Assembly: GCA_018676275.1 (NCBI GenBank)
Contig: JABHFC010000311.1
Coordinates: forward strand, 1-51,404
Source of the DNA: Gammaproteobacteria bacterium
Lineage (GTDB): Bacteria > Pseudomonadota > Gammaproteobacteria > Eutrophobiales > Eutrophobiaceae
Length of the DNA: 51,404 bases
Direction: 5' to 3'
How positions within the stretch are numbered: position 1 is the first letter of the stretch; every line of letters starts with the position of its first letter. Shown piece by piece: positions 38,735 through 47,090 of the stretch. A program made the position numbers and the translations under genes. Below the pieces are notes generated by a model. That model made no database searches, was not told the origin of the DNA, and saw only the letters and a list, made by a program, of their open reading frames with translations.

Positions 38735-39532
38735 TCAACGTACCTGCAGATGACGGATTAAATTAATATCGCAATAGTTTTGACTATCCAGAACCAGGCG
38801 TTCCTGCATTAGCTGCAACTGGTGCATCAGGAACATGATGAAAATACTGATGATTAAGGCGATAAAGGTAGAATTGAAAGCCACGCCCAGGCTGACAGTC
38901 ACACCAACAATATCTCCCTCTACCGCTTTGTGAGCCTGTCCCAATGCTTCGCCAATACCGCGTACGGTTCCAATAAAGCCAATAGAAGGTACCGCCCAGA
39001 TGATATATCTGATCATGGATAGCTCTGAATCCAGCCGATCAGATTCAGTATCGCAAATCTCCCTTACCGCTGTGGACACATCCTGAATATTGCGTGTAGA
39101 GCCGAAGCGTTGCAGGGCAGAAAGCAGGGCGCGGGGTAACAAAAATTCACGTTCTTCTTCAGGCAGCGTCTGCAGAGGTCGCGAATACTGACGTGCATCC
39201 TCCGGCAAAATGCTGGTGCCGGCGCTTACTTCGAGTAAAGATTTTGACAACAAACGCCTTTCTTCAATTACCAGCTTTGCCTTTAGAGCCATTATTGCAA
39301 ACACCCACAATGCCAGTACAAAGCAGGCTTCCTGTTCATAATCTTTGATAACTATAAAAATAGAACGTTTTACTTCATAAACTTCCCCGGCTTCCTGATG
39401 GACTCGTTGTTCTTCCAGAATAGCATCAGCATTGGGCCTGATTACTGTAACGTAAGCTGCATGCACAATAATAAAAGCAAAAAACAGAGCAAATATCTGA
39501 TAAAGGAAATCTGATAATGGATTATGTTTCAT
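38735..39532 (-). CDS. MotA/TolQ/ExbB-family proton-channel protein
   Basis: 265 aa with two N-terminal helices and a ~90-aa cytoplasmic loop. The family signature follows: IRYIIWAVPSIGFIGTVRGIGEALG ... VSLGVAFNSTFIALIISIFIMFLMHQL (compare P-x-x-G-[LMF]-x-G-T-V-x-G and the last TM helix of ExbB/TolQ/MotA). Confidence 0.75.
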   Translation of the reverse strand: MKHNPLSDFLYQIFALFFAFIIVHAAYVTVIRPNADAILEEQRVHQEAGEVYEVKRSIFIVIKDYEQEACFVLALWVFAIMALKAKLVIEERRLLSKSLLEVSAGTSILPEDARQYSRPLQTLPEEEREFLLPRALLSALQRFGSTRNIQDVSTAVREICDTESDRLDSELSMIRYIIWAVPSIGFIGTVRGIGEALGQAHKAVEGDIVGVTVSLGVAFNSTFIALIISIFIMFLMHQLQLMQERLVLDSQNYCDINLIRHLQVR

Positions 39533-39561
39533 AATGGTTTCTGGCCTTTCTCCAAAGTGCG

Positions 39562-39780
39562 CTAAATATCCACGGGAAAATCGACAGGAATGTCTTCTGA
39601 TAATTTTTCCGTCGGGTCAAAAGTATCTGGTGTAATTTCTTCCTTCTTTGCTTCTTTTACTTCTGTATTGTCTGTGGGCTTGATGACTTCAGTTCCTTCT
39701 TTTTCAGTTGTTTCTGTGTTTTCCTGCGCTTGTACGAATAGCAGGCCTGTTGCAAGGATTAGAAAGAAAATTAAGCGCAT
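39562..39780 (-). CDS. Small secreted acidic protein (72 aa)
   Basis: MRLIFFLILATGLLFVQAQ is a signal peptide, followed by a Glu/Thr/Lys-rich tail ending DIPVDFPVDI. The ATG at 39780 lies 4 nt after the upstream stop, with a GGAGTG ribosome-binding site. The track's longer version overlaps the upstream gene. Confidence 0.55.
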   Translation of the reverse strand: MRLIFFLILATGLLFVQAQENTETTEKEGTEVIKPTDNTEVKEAKKEEITPDTFDPTEKLSEDIPVDFPVDI

Positions 39781-39784
39781 CTCA

Positions 39785-41875
39785 TCACTCCAGGTACCGT
39801 GCAATACGAAAGCCGACATCATCGCGTTGCTTGGCATTATAGTCTCTGTATGACAAACGCAATTCGGTGACCGTTCCATGTGCCCAACTTGAACCCCTGA
39901 TCACGTGGAATTTACCAGTGTCGGGACCAAGGGGGTCAACTTCAGCTTTGTCAGTCGCTCCCAGTTGTATGTCGTAAAAGTCATTAACCCATTCTGCCAC
40001 ATTACCACCCATATCAAACAGACCTCTTTGGTTCGCAGGGAAACTACCAATCGGTGCGGAAACCATATGGCCATCATTGTAGTTACCAATTATTTTCCCC
40101 AGAAATCCAGCTGAAGAGGTATCGGCATAATTGCCGCTTTTTTTCGTAGGCGGTAATTGTTCTCCCCATGGATATTTCAACAAACTATTCTTGCCAGTAA
40201 CACGTGCTGACCAGGCCCATTCTGCTTCGGTTGGTAGTCGATACCCATTTGCCGAACGGTTGACACCACTTATTTTTTTATTTATTTCCTTATAGAAAGG
40301 CTCCAAAGATTCGGCTTTGCTTAACCAGTTACAATATGCCACTGCCTGTTCCCAGCTGACTTTCACCACAGGTTGTTTTTCCCCGTCCAGATTATTTCCC
40401 TGGACAGTGCCAGAGACATGACTTGCAGCATACTTTCTATATTGCTCATTACTAACCTCATGAGTACCGAGGTAAAAAGGGCGTTTCAAATCAATTTTGC
40501 GGAGGGTTTCATTGGCACGTCGGCCAGGTTCACGACGTGATGCGCCCATCGTAAATGCGGTTGGATGAAATAGTTTTAGAGTCTGTCCTGCGGTATTTGT
40601 ATAAATCGGCTTTATCTTTTCCAGTTTTGCCTGCCGATCACTTTTCAGGCTGACATTTACTTTCTCAGCAATACCGGCATGCGGTGATATTTTTGTTTTG
40701 AAGCTGACATAACCTGGTTTGCGAACTTCAATGCGATGTGGTTTGGCAGAAAGTTCCAGAACCTGATTTGCTTTATCTTTGGCAACACCATCTATAAATA
40801 GCTTCGCATCCTTTGGAGTAATATTAAATTCAACTTTTACCAGTTCCGGTGCAAGCTTGACGATTAGACGTTTTTCTTCACCGGAGTTAACACTTATTTT
40901 GCGGCTTGCAGATCTATAGCCCTGTTTAAAAAGGCGTATGGTACTTTCCTTGCCTGGTTTCAGCGCGAATTCAAGTGGCGTTAAGCCCTTGTATTCTCCA
41001 TCTGCTGTAGCATTGGCCCGGGGAGGATCTGATACAAGGAATAGCACGGCATCAACAGGTTGCAGTTTTACATCAGTCAATTCTAATGATTCGTTTGCAA
41101 CGACATTTATTTTATCCTGCCAAAGCTTAAAACCGGAAAGTTTAATTCCTATTTCATGATTGCCTTCAAGGATTTCAGCGTTAAATGGAGTTTGCCCCAG
41201 TAACTCACCATCCAGGAAAATATCTGCACCTTGTGGGTCTGAATCCATCGTTACTTCTGCCCAGGCAGGAACCAACTCAGTTGTGAAGCTTTGCTCTTTG
41301 TCCAGTCCTTCAATTATCAATTGCTGTTCAAATGGGAAATAACGTTCTGCGACAATACGCAATTGATGTTCGCCCGCTTCAATATCATGAATCAGTGAAG
41401 GTGTCCGTCCCGATAAGACATCATCAATAAATATCTCTGCGTCAGTCACTTTACCTGTCTGTACCTGCAGATGTCCGGGCAGGCGTTTCAGATCAAAGCT
41501 GAAACGTTGGTTTTGCTCCGTACTTATTGACAGGTTTTGACTCAGAGGATGATAGCCTTCAGCTTTGAGCATTAGATCATGTTCGCCTGAGATAAGCAGA
41601 TATCGGTCAGCCAGTTTCAATTTGAACAGGCTGCCAATTTTAATTTCGGCATTAACAGGATTGGTTTCGATATAGACGGCTTTTGCTGTAAACAGAAAGA
41701 CAGCCGTTGTCGCACAAATAAGAAAACCACTGATAATGAGAATAGTCTTACGGCTGATTTCAAATGATACAGCAGGCTTGTTTCCACTCAATGGTTCAAA
41801 TTTTACCGGTGCAATAGTTTCTGTACCGGCAGGTGGTGCCGTTGTATTTTTTTCGTTGTTATTATTGTTATCCAT
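39785..41875 (-). CDS. TM-anchored multi-PEGA-repeat protein with a C-terminal FGE-sulfatase (SUMF1-like) domain
   Basis: The ATG is at 41875; the track's first codon is a TTG. There is one TM helix (ILIISGFLICATTAVFLFTA). About 5 PEGA-like repeats follow (for example ADIFLDGELLGQTPF...LEGNHEIGIKLSGF, AKLFIDGV...HRIEVRKPGY). The FGE-sulfatase domain reads FTMGA, VKVSWEQAVAYCNWLS, YRLPTEAEWAWSAR, YPWG, GLFDMGGNVAEWVNDFY, IRGSSW...DVGFRIAR. No Cys is present where the catalytic FGE cysteines sit. Confidence 0.8.
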   Translation of the reverse strand: MDNNNNNEKNTTAPPAGTETIAPVKFEPLSGNKPAVSFEISRKTILIISGFLICATTAVFLFTAKAVYIETNPVNAEIKIGSLFKLKLADRYLLISGEHDLMLKAEGYHPLSQNLSISTEQNQRFSFDLKRLPGHLQVQTGKVTDAEIFIDDVLSGRTPSLIHDIEAGEHQLRIVAERYFPFEQQLIIEGLDKEQSFTTELVPAWAEVTMDSDPQGADIFLDGELLGQTPFNAEILEGNHEIGIKLSGFKLWQDKINVVANESLELTDVKLQPVDAVLFLVSDPPRANATADGEYKGLTPLEFALKPGKESTIRLFKQGYRSASRKISVNSGEEKRLIVKLAPELVKVEFNITPKDAKLFIDGVAKDKANQVLELSAKPHRIEVRKPGYVSFKTKISPHAGIAEKVNVSLKSDRQAKLEKIKPIYTNTAGQTLKLFHPTAFTMGASRREPGRRANETLRKIDLKRPFYLGTHEVSNEQYRKYAASHVSGTVQGNNLDGEKQPVVKVSWEQAVAYCNWLSKAESLEPFYKEINKKISGVNRSANGYRLPTEAEWAWSARVTGKNSLLKYPWGEQLPPTKKSGNYADTSSAGFLGKIIGNYNDGHMVSAPIGSFPANQRGLFDMGGNVAEWVNDFYDIQLGATDKAEVDPLGPDTGKFHVIRGSSWAHGTVTELRLSYRDYNAKQRDDVGFRIARYLE

Positions 41876-41983
41876 CAAATTATGACTCTTTAATAATCTG
41901 GTAATGAATCAGATAGAATTTCATACTTATAGTGACGGAATCTGCAGGTCCATCATGACTTCTCTATCCCTGCAAAACAGACC

Positions 41984-43540
41984 CTAATTACCAAGTGCAA
42001 TTTTTTCAGTTGCCTGCACGGTGACCACCTGTATGGACTTGTCCGGGTCAATCATAAAAGTGACACGGGCATCGCGATAGCCCTGACGTATACCAACGGC
42101 TACATATTTCCCGGGTCGAAGGGATAGGCTCTTTTCAGCAAAATAACCGAGTTCATCAACTTTTCGTAAGGTAACCAAAGTTTGATTGTCTGAGCGTAGC
42201 AGCACATCAACTGGTGTATTTGCCTTATGCAACAATCTGTCAAGCGAAGCCAGTTGCTTACGCAGTACAGGACCTTTATCTGCAACAGCATTCATCTTAT
42301 TCTGAAATGCCATTGTCTCCTGAAAAACTTTCGGATCGTAAATACGTTCTGGTTGCGACAGAATCTGTTGCAGTCGGTCATTAATTTTGCCACGAAGAGC
42401 TGTGCGTTGTTGACCTTGCTGTGCTTCTGCCAGGCTGCTGTTAAGTGCTAATGCTGCCTCATATTTTTCCCTGGCTGCATGCCAGTTTTCCTGTGCTTCC
42501 TGCGCTTTTGCATCTGCCTGCAGCGAGTTGATATTGATTGTGGTCAGATTATGTCTGGTTTGCTCAAGAGCATTACGTGCTTCTGCTGATCGGGGTTTCA
42601 ATTTTAAAGCTTCATTAAATGATTGCCGTGCTGCAGTGAAGCTTCTTTTTTCCATCGACATAAACCCGGCAGACATATGTTTGTTAAATGCCCGATCCAG
42701 AATTTTCTTATCTGCGATAGCAATTTTCTGTTTCGCTGTGTCAAAATCGTTGTCGAGATCCAGCGCCTGTTGATAATGTTGCTTTGCTTCATTCAGTTGA
42801 CCTTTCTGCAACAGGTCGTCTCCCTGATTCATAAGAGCTAATACTTCATCCCGGTTCGCGGCTCGCGTTATACCAACATTTGCGTCTCTGTCTATTACAT
42901 CTATAGCGAGGGCTAACTGAAATGCTTCCATCGCTGCTTTGGAATCACCTTCAGCCAGTGCTTTGTTACCTTTATCCATGGTCTCTTCAAATATGACGTC
43001 GATCTTTTCAACCAGTTTTGAAAAGATAGCCAGTGCTTCTTCATATTCTGTACGTGAATTGACGAAGTCACGTTGGTTATACAGTTCATCCCCAGCGGCA
43101 GCGAATTGCATTGCAGTTGCATAGTCTTCTCCTGCCCAATTTTCCACGCCTTTCTCAGACAGTATTTTCTGAGCTTCCAGCATTTGAGACAATATATTCT
43201 GGGTTTCTTTTCTCAGCCTCGATTCCTGTGCTTTTTCCCATGGCGAGACGGCATCTTTTTTCTTTACAGTTGTCTGGACTTGCTGTTGATCGAGTGCCGG
43301 AGAAGATACAACTGTCGGTGTTTCTGTTTTTGAATTACTCACCCAGCGAGGTAGCAGGAATACGACAACAAGAGCTGAAGTCAGCAGGATTCCAAGACCT
43401 ATCCAGATCAAAGGCGAGTGTTTAAAAGATGCATATGAACCTGCAACCTTCTTTGATGAGGTCTTCGTTGTCAGATCGATTGCAACAGGCTCAATTCTTA
43501 TTATGCCCTCGCTTGAATCCTCAGATTTTTTATCCACCAT
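41984..43540 (-). CDS. TM-anchored TPR-repeat protein with a PEGA-like C-terminal beta domain
   Basis: 518 aa with one TM helix (LIWIGLGILLTSALVVVFLL). Multiple TPR-like pairs are present (AMQFAAAGDELYNQRDFVNSRTEYEEAL, EAKQHYQQALDLDNDF, ARQSFNEALKLKP...). The C-terminus reads LSLRPGKYVAVGIRQGYRDARVTFMI. Confidence 0.7.
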   Translation of the reverse strand: MVDKKSEDSSEGIIRIEPVAIDLTTKTSSKKVAGSYASFKHSPLIWIGLGILLTSALVVVFLLPRWVSNSKTETPTVVSSPALDQQQVQTTVKKKDAVSPWEKAQESRLRKETQNILSQMLEAQKILSEKGVENWAGEDYATAMQFAAAGDELYNQRDFVNSRTEYEEALAIFSKLVEKIDVIFEETMDKGNKALAEGDSKAAMEAFQLALAIDVIDRDANVGITRAANRDEVLALMNQGDDLLQKGQLNEAKQHYQQALDLDNDFDTAKQKIAIADKKILDRAFNKHMSAGFMSMEKRSFTAARQSFNEALKLKPRSAEARNALEQTRHNLTTININSLQADAKAQEAQENWHAAREKYEAALALNSSLAEAQQGQQRTALRGKINDRLQQILSQPERIYDPKVFQETMAFQNKMNAVADKGPVLRKQLASLDRLLHKANTPVDVLLRSDNQTLVTLRKVDELGYFAEKSLSLRPGKYVAVGIRQGYRDARVTFMIDPDKSIQVVTVQATEKIALGN

Positions 43541-43644
43541 CTTTTTGTTCTATTGGGGTTTATACAGACAATGAGCGTACCACGGCGAACAGTGCTTGTT
43601 CACTGCTGAAGTGCGTGCTGATTTTGTTAGGTATTGACCTGGTT

Positions 43645-44832
43645 CTATTGTACCGAAGTGGCTTCACCAGTTTCGGCTGTATATATATCTTTCAATATCT
43701 GACGCCATTGACCGTACTGTTCATTAACAGAACCGGAAAGAGTGACCGTACGATTTTCCAGTTTCATATTATGTGGTTCCATTTCCGCATCCATTGATGC
43801 AGAGATTTCTTCCAGTGCTTCTGCATGAACCTTGGCTTCTTCCTTTTTATTAAGCCCACTCATGACGGCACCAACACCAGCGCCTATACCGACGACACCC
43901 GCTGTACGTGCTGTGCGACTGTCCACACCCTGTGCGAGGACGCCAGCGAGAACTGCAAGAGCACCACCAATAATTCGGTTTCTTGATTGTTTCTTGACTT
44001 CCTGCAGGGCTTTGTTTTCTTCATAATATGCCCGACGCCATTCCAGATAAGGTTGTTCCATTTGTCGCACAAAAGAAGCGTAGTATTCCTGCAGCGTGTC
44101 GACAAACATATAGTCGCGTTCACGTATTTGTCTCACCCGTAATAGAATGGGATCATCATCAGCAGGCAGGCGGGTAATAAAATAGCGACCCTTTTTGTCG
44201 ATACCAAGATGGTCGCCAAAAGCATCTGTTGAAAATTCTCTGGCGAATTTCAGTTCGGTGATAACACGTATGGTCTTTATCTGATTAGCGTCAAGTTGCC
44301 TGTAGTAAGTCAAAATATCATTAGAGATCTGGTTGTACATAGCCTGGAATGGCTCGGTTCGATTAGGCAGGCTGGTGTCATAGGAATATTTACTGGCAAC
44401 ATCAGTATATTTTTTTGTATACCAGTTTTTCCCGGAAGAGTCCTGAACTTTGACCAGTAATTCCAGGTTCTCGCCATCTGATCGTAAAATCTCGGCGTCA
44501 ACCCAGATATCCATTTCACTCTGGCGTTGAGGGATAACTCTAACTGTGCCCCAGCTGCCACTATTTTGCATTGTATCCATTAACATATAAGGCATGAAGC
44601 GTGCTTCGGCTTCCCGGATTTTTGGATAGACACCGGGCTCGCCTGAGCTAATCGCATCGACTCCGGGTTCGAATATGCCGATACCAACATCCAGTAACAG
44701 ATCTTCAGTAACCTGCACAGTTTGCGGCGCAATTTTTTCGCGCTCTGTTGATCTGACAGATGTACTGTTACATCCCACTGTTGTTACGCAGATAAATATC
44801 AATAATGCATAAATTTGATTTTGTTTGATCAT
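43645..44832 (-). CDS. Predicted lipoprotein with a C-terminal glycine-zipper segment, function unknown
   Basis: 395 aa. LLIFICVTTVGC gives a lipobox. The Gly/Ala-rich hydrophobic stretch IIGGALAVLAGVLAQG...AGVVGIGAGVGAVMSGL lies near the C-terminus. Confidence 0.6.
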   Translation of the reverse strand: MIKQNQIYALLIFICVTTVGCNSTSVRSTEREKIAPQTVQVTEDLLLDVGIGIFEPGVDAISSGEPGVYPKIREAEARFMPYMLMDTMQNSGSWGTVRVIPQRQSEMDIWVDAEILRSDGENLELLVKVQDSSGKNWYTKKYTDVASKYSYDTSLPNRTEPFQAMYNQISNDILTYYRQLDANQIKTIRVITELKFAREFSTDAFGDHLGIDKKGRYFITRLPADDDPILLRVRQIRERDYMFVDTLQEYYASFVRQMEQPYLEWRRAYYEENKALQEVKKQSRNRIIGGALAVLAGVLAQGVDSRTARTAGVVGIGAGVGAVMSGLNKKEEAKVHAEALEEISASMDAEMEPHNMKLENRTVTLSGSVNEQYGQWRQILKDIYTAETGEATSVQ

Positions 44833-44847
44833 TTGTTATCTCGCTGA

Positions 44848-45774
44848 TTAAGCGCCTTTTTTGTATTTTCTGTATTCATCCCAGAGTTTAGCCCTCAACT
44901 CAGGATCCCTTTCCTTCTGTGCTGCTTCCCTTAGCTGACGTGCAATTATATCGTCATCCTGTCCGCTACCGACATCAGCAGGTGCATCAGAGACTGAATC
45001 AACGGGTATATCTCCGCCGACACCAAGAGACCCGGATTTACTGCTGCCTTTTGCCATAGCAGTTTGTAAGGGTACATCCGCACCGCCATAACCACCTTCG
45101 TCTTCTCCTTCACCATTGCCCATTCCATAGGAACCGCTACCGCCTTCATTATCACTTTTGGCGACAGATTCTCGTTCACCTAGCATCAAGTCATCAAATT
45201 TCCCAAACCTGGTGTTCAGCTGCGCATCCAGTTGACCCGCTTTTTCTTCATCGGTCATGACGCCTTGCCCCTGACCAGAACCAGTGGATGTACTGGCACT
45301 TGCTGAGCCCTGTTCAGAGTCCTGTCCTCCACCAGATTTACCGGAGCTGCTTTGATTCGCTTCACCTTGTTCACTGCCTTCCTGCTGTGCCTTGCTGATT
45401 CCTTTTTCAAACTGACCAAGTGCTTCCGCCAGGATTTGATCATCACTTTTGGCCTGTCCCTGACTACCTTGTTCTCCACCTGTTTTTGATTGGGTCTGCC
45501 CCTGTTCAGTTTCACTACCTGAAGTGCCTGACTGGGAGGAGGTACTTTGCTGACCAGTTCCGGTACTACTGGAACTTGATTGACTGCCACCGCTGGATCC
45601 ACTCGATTGGGACGAGGAAGATGAGGAAGACGAAGATGAGCTGGAACCACTGGGAGGTGGGCTACCCGATGACGATGAGGAAGATGAACTTGTTGGCACC
45701 GTATTGCACGCAGAGATAAATGCGAATGCTGCCAAAAGACAGAGTCGGGAAATAATTGTTTTATAGTTTTTCAT
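44848..45774 (-). CDS. Low-complexity Ser/Gly/Gln-rich lipoprotein
   Basis: 308 aa. LLAAFAFISAC gives a lipobox. About 230 aa of S/G/Q/E low complexity follow (SSSSSSSSGSPPPSGSSSSSSSSSSSSQSSGSSGG...). The tail is ordinary and charged: DDDIIARQLREAAQKERDPELRAKLWDEYRKYKKGA. Confidence 0.6.
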   Translation of the reverse strand: MKNYKTIISRLCLLAAFAFISACNTVPTSSSSSSSSGSPPPSGSSSSSSSSSSSSQSSGSSGGSQSSSSSTGTGQQSTSSQSGTSGSETEQGQTQSKTGGEQGSQGQAKSDDQILAEALGQFEKGISKAQQEGSEQGEANQSSSGKSGGGQDSEQGSASASTSTGSGQGQGVMTDEEKAGQLDAQLNTRFGKFDDLMLGERESVAKSDNEGGSGSYGMGNGEGEDEGGYGGADVPLQTAMAKGSSKSGSLGVGGDIPVDSVSDAPADVGSGQDDDIIARQLREAAQKERDPELRAKLWDEYRKYKKGA

Positions 45775-45788
45775 AAGCTACACACTTG

Positions 45789-47090
45789 TTATTCAGTGAA
45801 TACATAACGCAGACTAACACCAGTGGTTATAACGGGCTTGCCATTTTCATATCTTGGCCGAAACTTTGTTGAGGCAATACTTCTTTTGGCCCGACGTTGA
45901 AAAGATATGTTGTCACTGGGGTTAGATTCTAATATTTGTATATTTCGTGCACTGCCCGAAGCGCTGACATCAAACGAAGCTACCACGTAGCTTGGGTTTT
46001 CTTCTACGATATCAATCTGATTTTGTATCGGTAGACGAATGGCAGGCAAAGTTCTTGGTTGTCCAAATAAAACATCTATCTTCTGTTGATCGAAGCCTTC
46101 GCTATCCAGTAAATCATATGCCTGCTGATAAGTCGTGGCTGCGCTGTTTCTCTTATTAAAAAGCAAATACCAGTCCCCCAGATGGGTTAATGCAATTGCC
46201 TGGGTATCCACTGGCAAAATAGGATTGGCGGTATGAATCTCAATTATACGATTCATAGCCTTTTTACCTTTTGCGAAACTTTGCATAATCAGGTCTTCTC
46301 GAGCTCGCTGTTGTTGCAGGGCTCGACGGCGATCCGAGTTTCTAAAACCCATTCGTATATCATCGAAATCTTCAGCCCCGCTAACCCGGCTGGCGATCTG
46401 ATAATTTGTCAGGGCAATACCGTAAAGGGCATTAATCAGTCTTATGTCGTACTGACCATTTGTTGTTTCAATAATTTTGACGGCTTTATTGTATAGATTT
46501 TCCGCATCCACCAGGTGAGAAAAGGATTCGCTGGCTGGCAGTATTTCATATGCTTTCAAGTGCCAACGACCAATACGATCAATTACGTCAAGTAATTCAG
46601 TGTTATTCTCTCCGTAATGTCGTTTACTAATCCAGAAGAGGTTATGGAAGTTTTTATTCAGATTCTTCCAGTCTTTAAGTTTGGTGTTACTTTCGATCAT
46701 TTTTTCCAGGATGGAAATCTGGTCAAGGCTATACAATCCGTCATTAACACGACTTATATGCATTGAACGTTCGAATGCATCTATGGCGTTCTTATGTAGT
46801 TCCATTGACTGGTAGGTAGCGCCCAGACTTAGAAGCACTTCGGAAAGTTGTACCTGATAGACACCTCCGGTGCTCTGCAGCTGGTCTATTAGTTCGTTAT
46901 AATTTTGAATACTGCGCTTCTGTTCTGCAGTCATTTCCTTTTTGATTACTTCGACTTCGACTTGCGAAGCTTCGATTTCCGTCTGCAGTGATTCCGCCGG
47001 CGAGGAAACATCGGTCGCCGCCAGGCCAGCCATATTGCAAACCAATAAAGCTGAAACAGAGATAAAAAGGGTACGAAGAGTGACTATCAT
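45789..47090 (-). CDS. Secreted or signal-anchored helical-repeat protein ending in a TonB_C-like domain (first gene of the operon)
   Basis: The ATG at 47090 has an AGGAA ribosome-binding site 5 nt upstream and gives MIVTLRTLFISVSALLVCNMAGLAA. The centre is TPR-like. The last ~70 aa, YVVASFDVSASGSARNIQILESNPSDNISFQRRAKRSIASTKFRPRYENGKPVITTGVSLRYVF, follow the TonB C-terminal pattern (V.F.V...G.v.n..i..S......d.aa..a....kF.P....G.pv......i.f). Confidence 0.55.
   Translation of the reverse strand: MIVTLRTLFISVSALLVCNMAGLAATDVSSPAESLQTEIEASQVEVEVIKKEMTAEQKRSIQNYNELIDQLQSTGGVYQVQLSEVLLSLGATYQSMELHKNAIDAFERSMHISRVNDGLYSLDQISILEKMIESNTKLKDWKNLNKNFHNLFWISKRHYGENNTELLDVIDRIGRWHLKAYEILPASESFSHLVDAENLYNKAVKIIETTNGQYDIRLINALYGIALTNYQIASRVSGAEDFDDIRMGFRNSDRRRALQQQRAREDLIMQSFAKGKKAMNRIIEIHTANPILPVDTQAIALTHLGDWYLLFNKRNSAATTYQQAYDLLDSEGFDQQKIDVLFGQPRTLPAIRLPIQNQIDIVEENPSYVVASFDVSASGSARNIQILESNPSDNISFQRRAKRSIASTKFRPRYENGKPVITTGVSLRYVFTE

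Noticed and set aside
35335-39532. Could this be a canonical ExbB-ExbD-TonB, TolQRA-Pal or flagellar MotAB locus?
   Set aside because: The B-type partners lack the ExbD/TolR periplasmic domain and the MotB OmpA-like domain. There is no Pro-rich TM-anchored TonB or TolA, no TolB, Pal or TonB-dependent receptor, and there are no flagellar genes. Only the TM logic is shared.
41855-41872. An AAT/AAC triplet run encoding DNNNNNEKN at the N-terminus of the PEGA-FGE protein, as possible slipped-strand phase variation.
   Set aside because: The repeat unit is a triplet and is imperfect, so slippage would stay in frame. It is too short to count as a contingency locus.
35335-43540. Could this be a Bat/aerotolerance-type operon (VWA plus TPR)?
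   Set aside because: As I recall, Bat operons contain a MoxR AAA+ ATPase, a DUF58 protein and BatA/BatB VWA proteins with different TM layouts. None of the first two is present here, and a MotA-like channel is not part of Bat operons.
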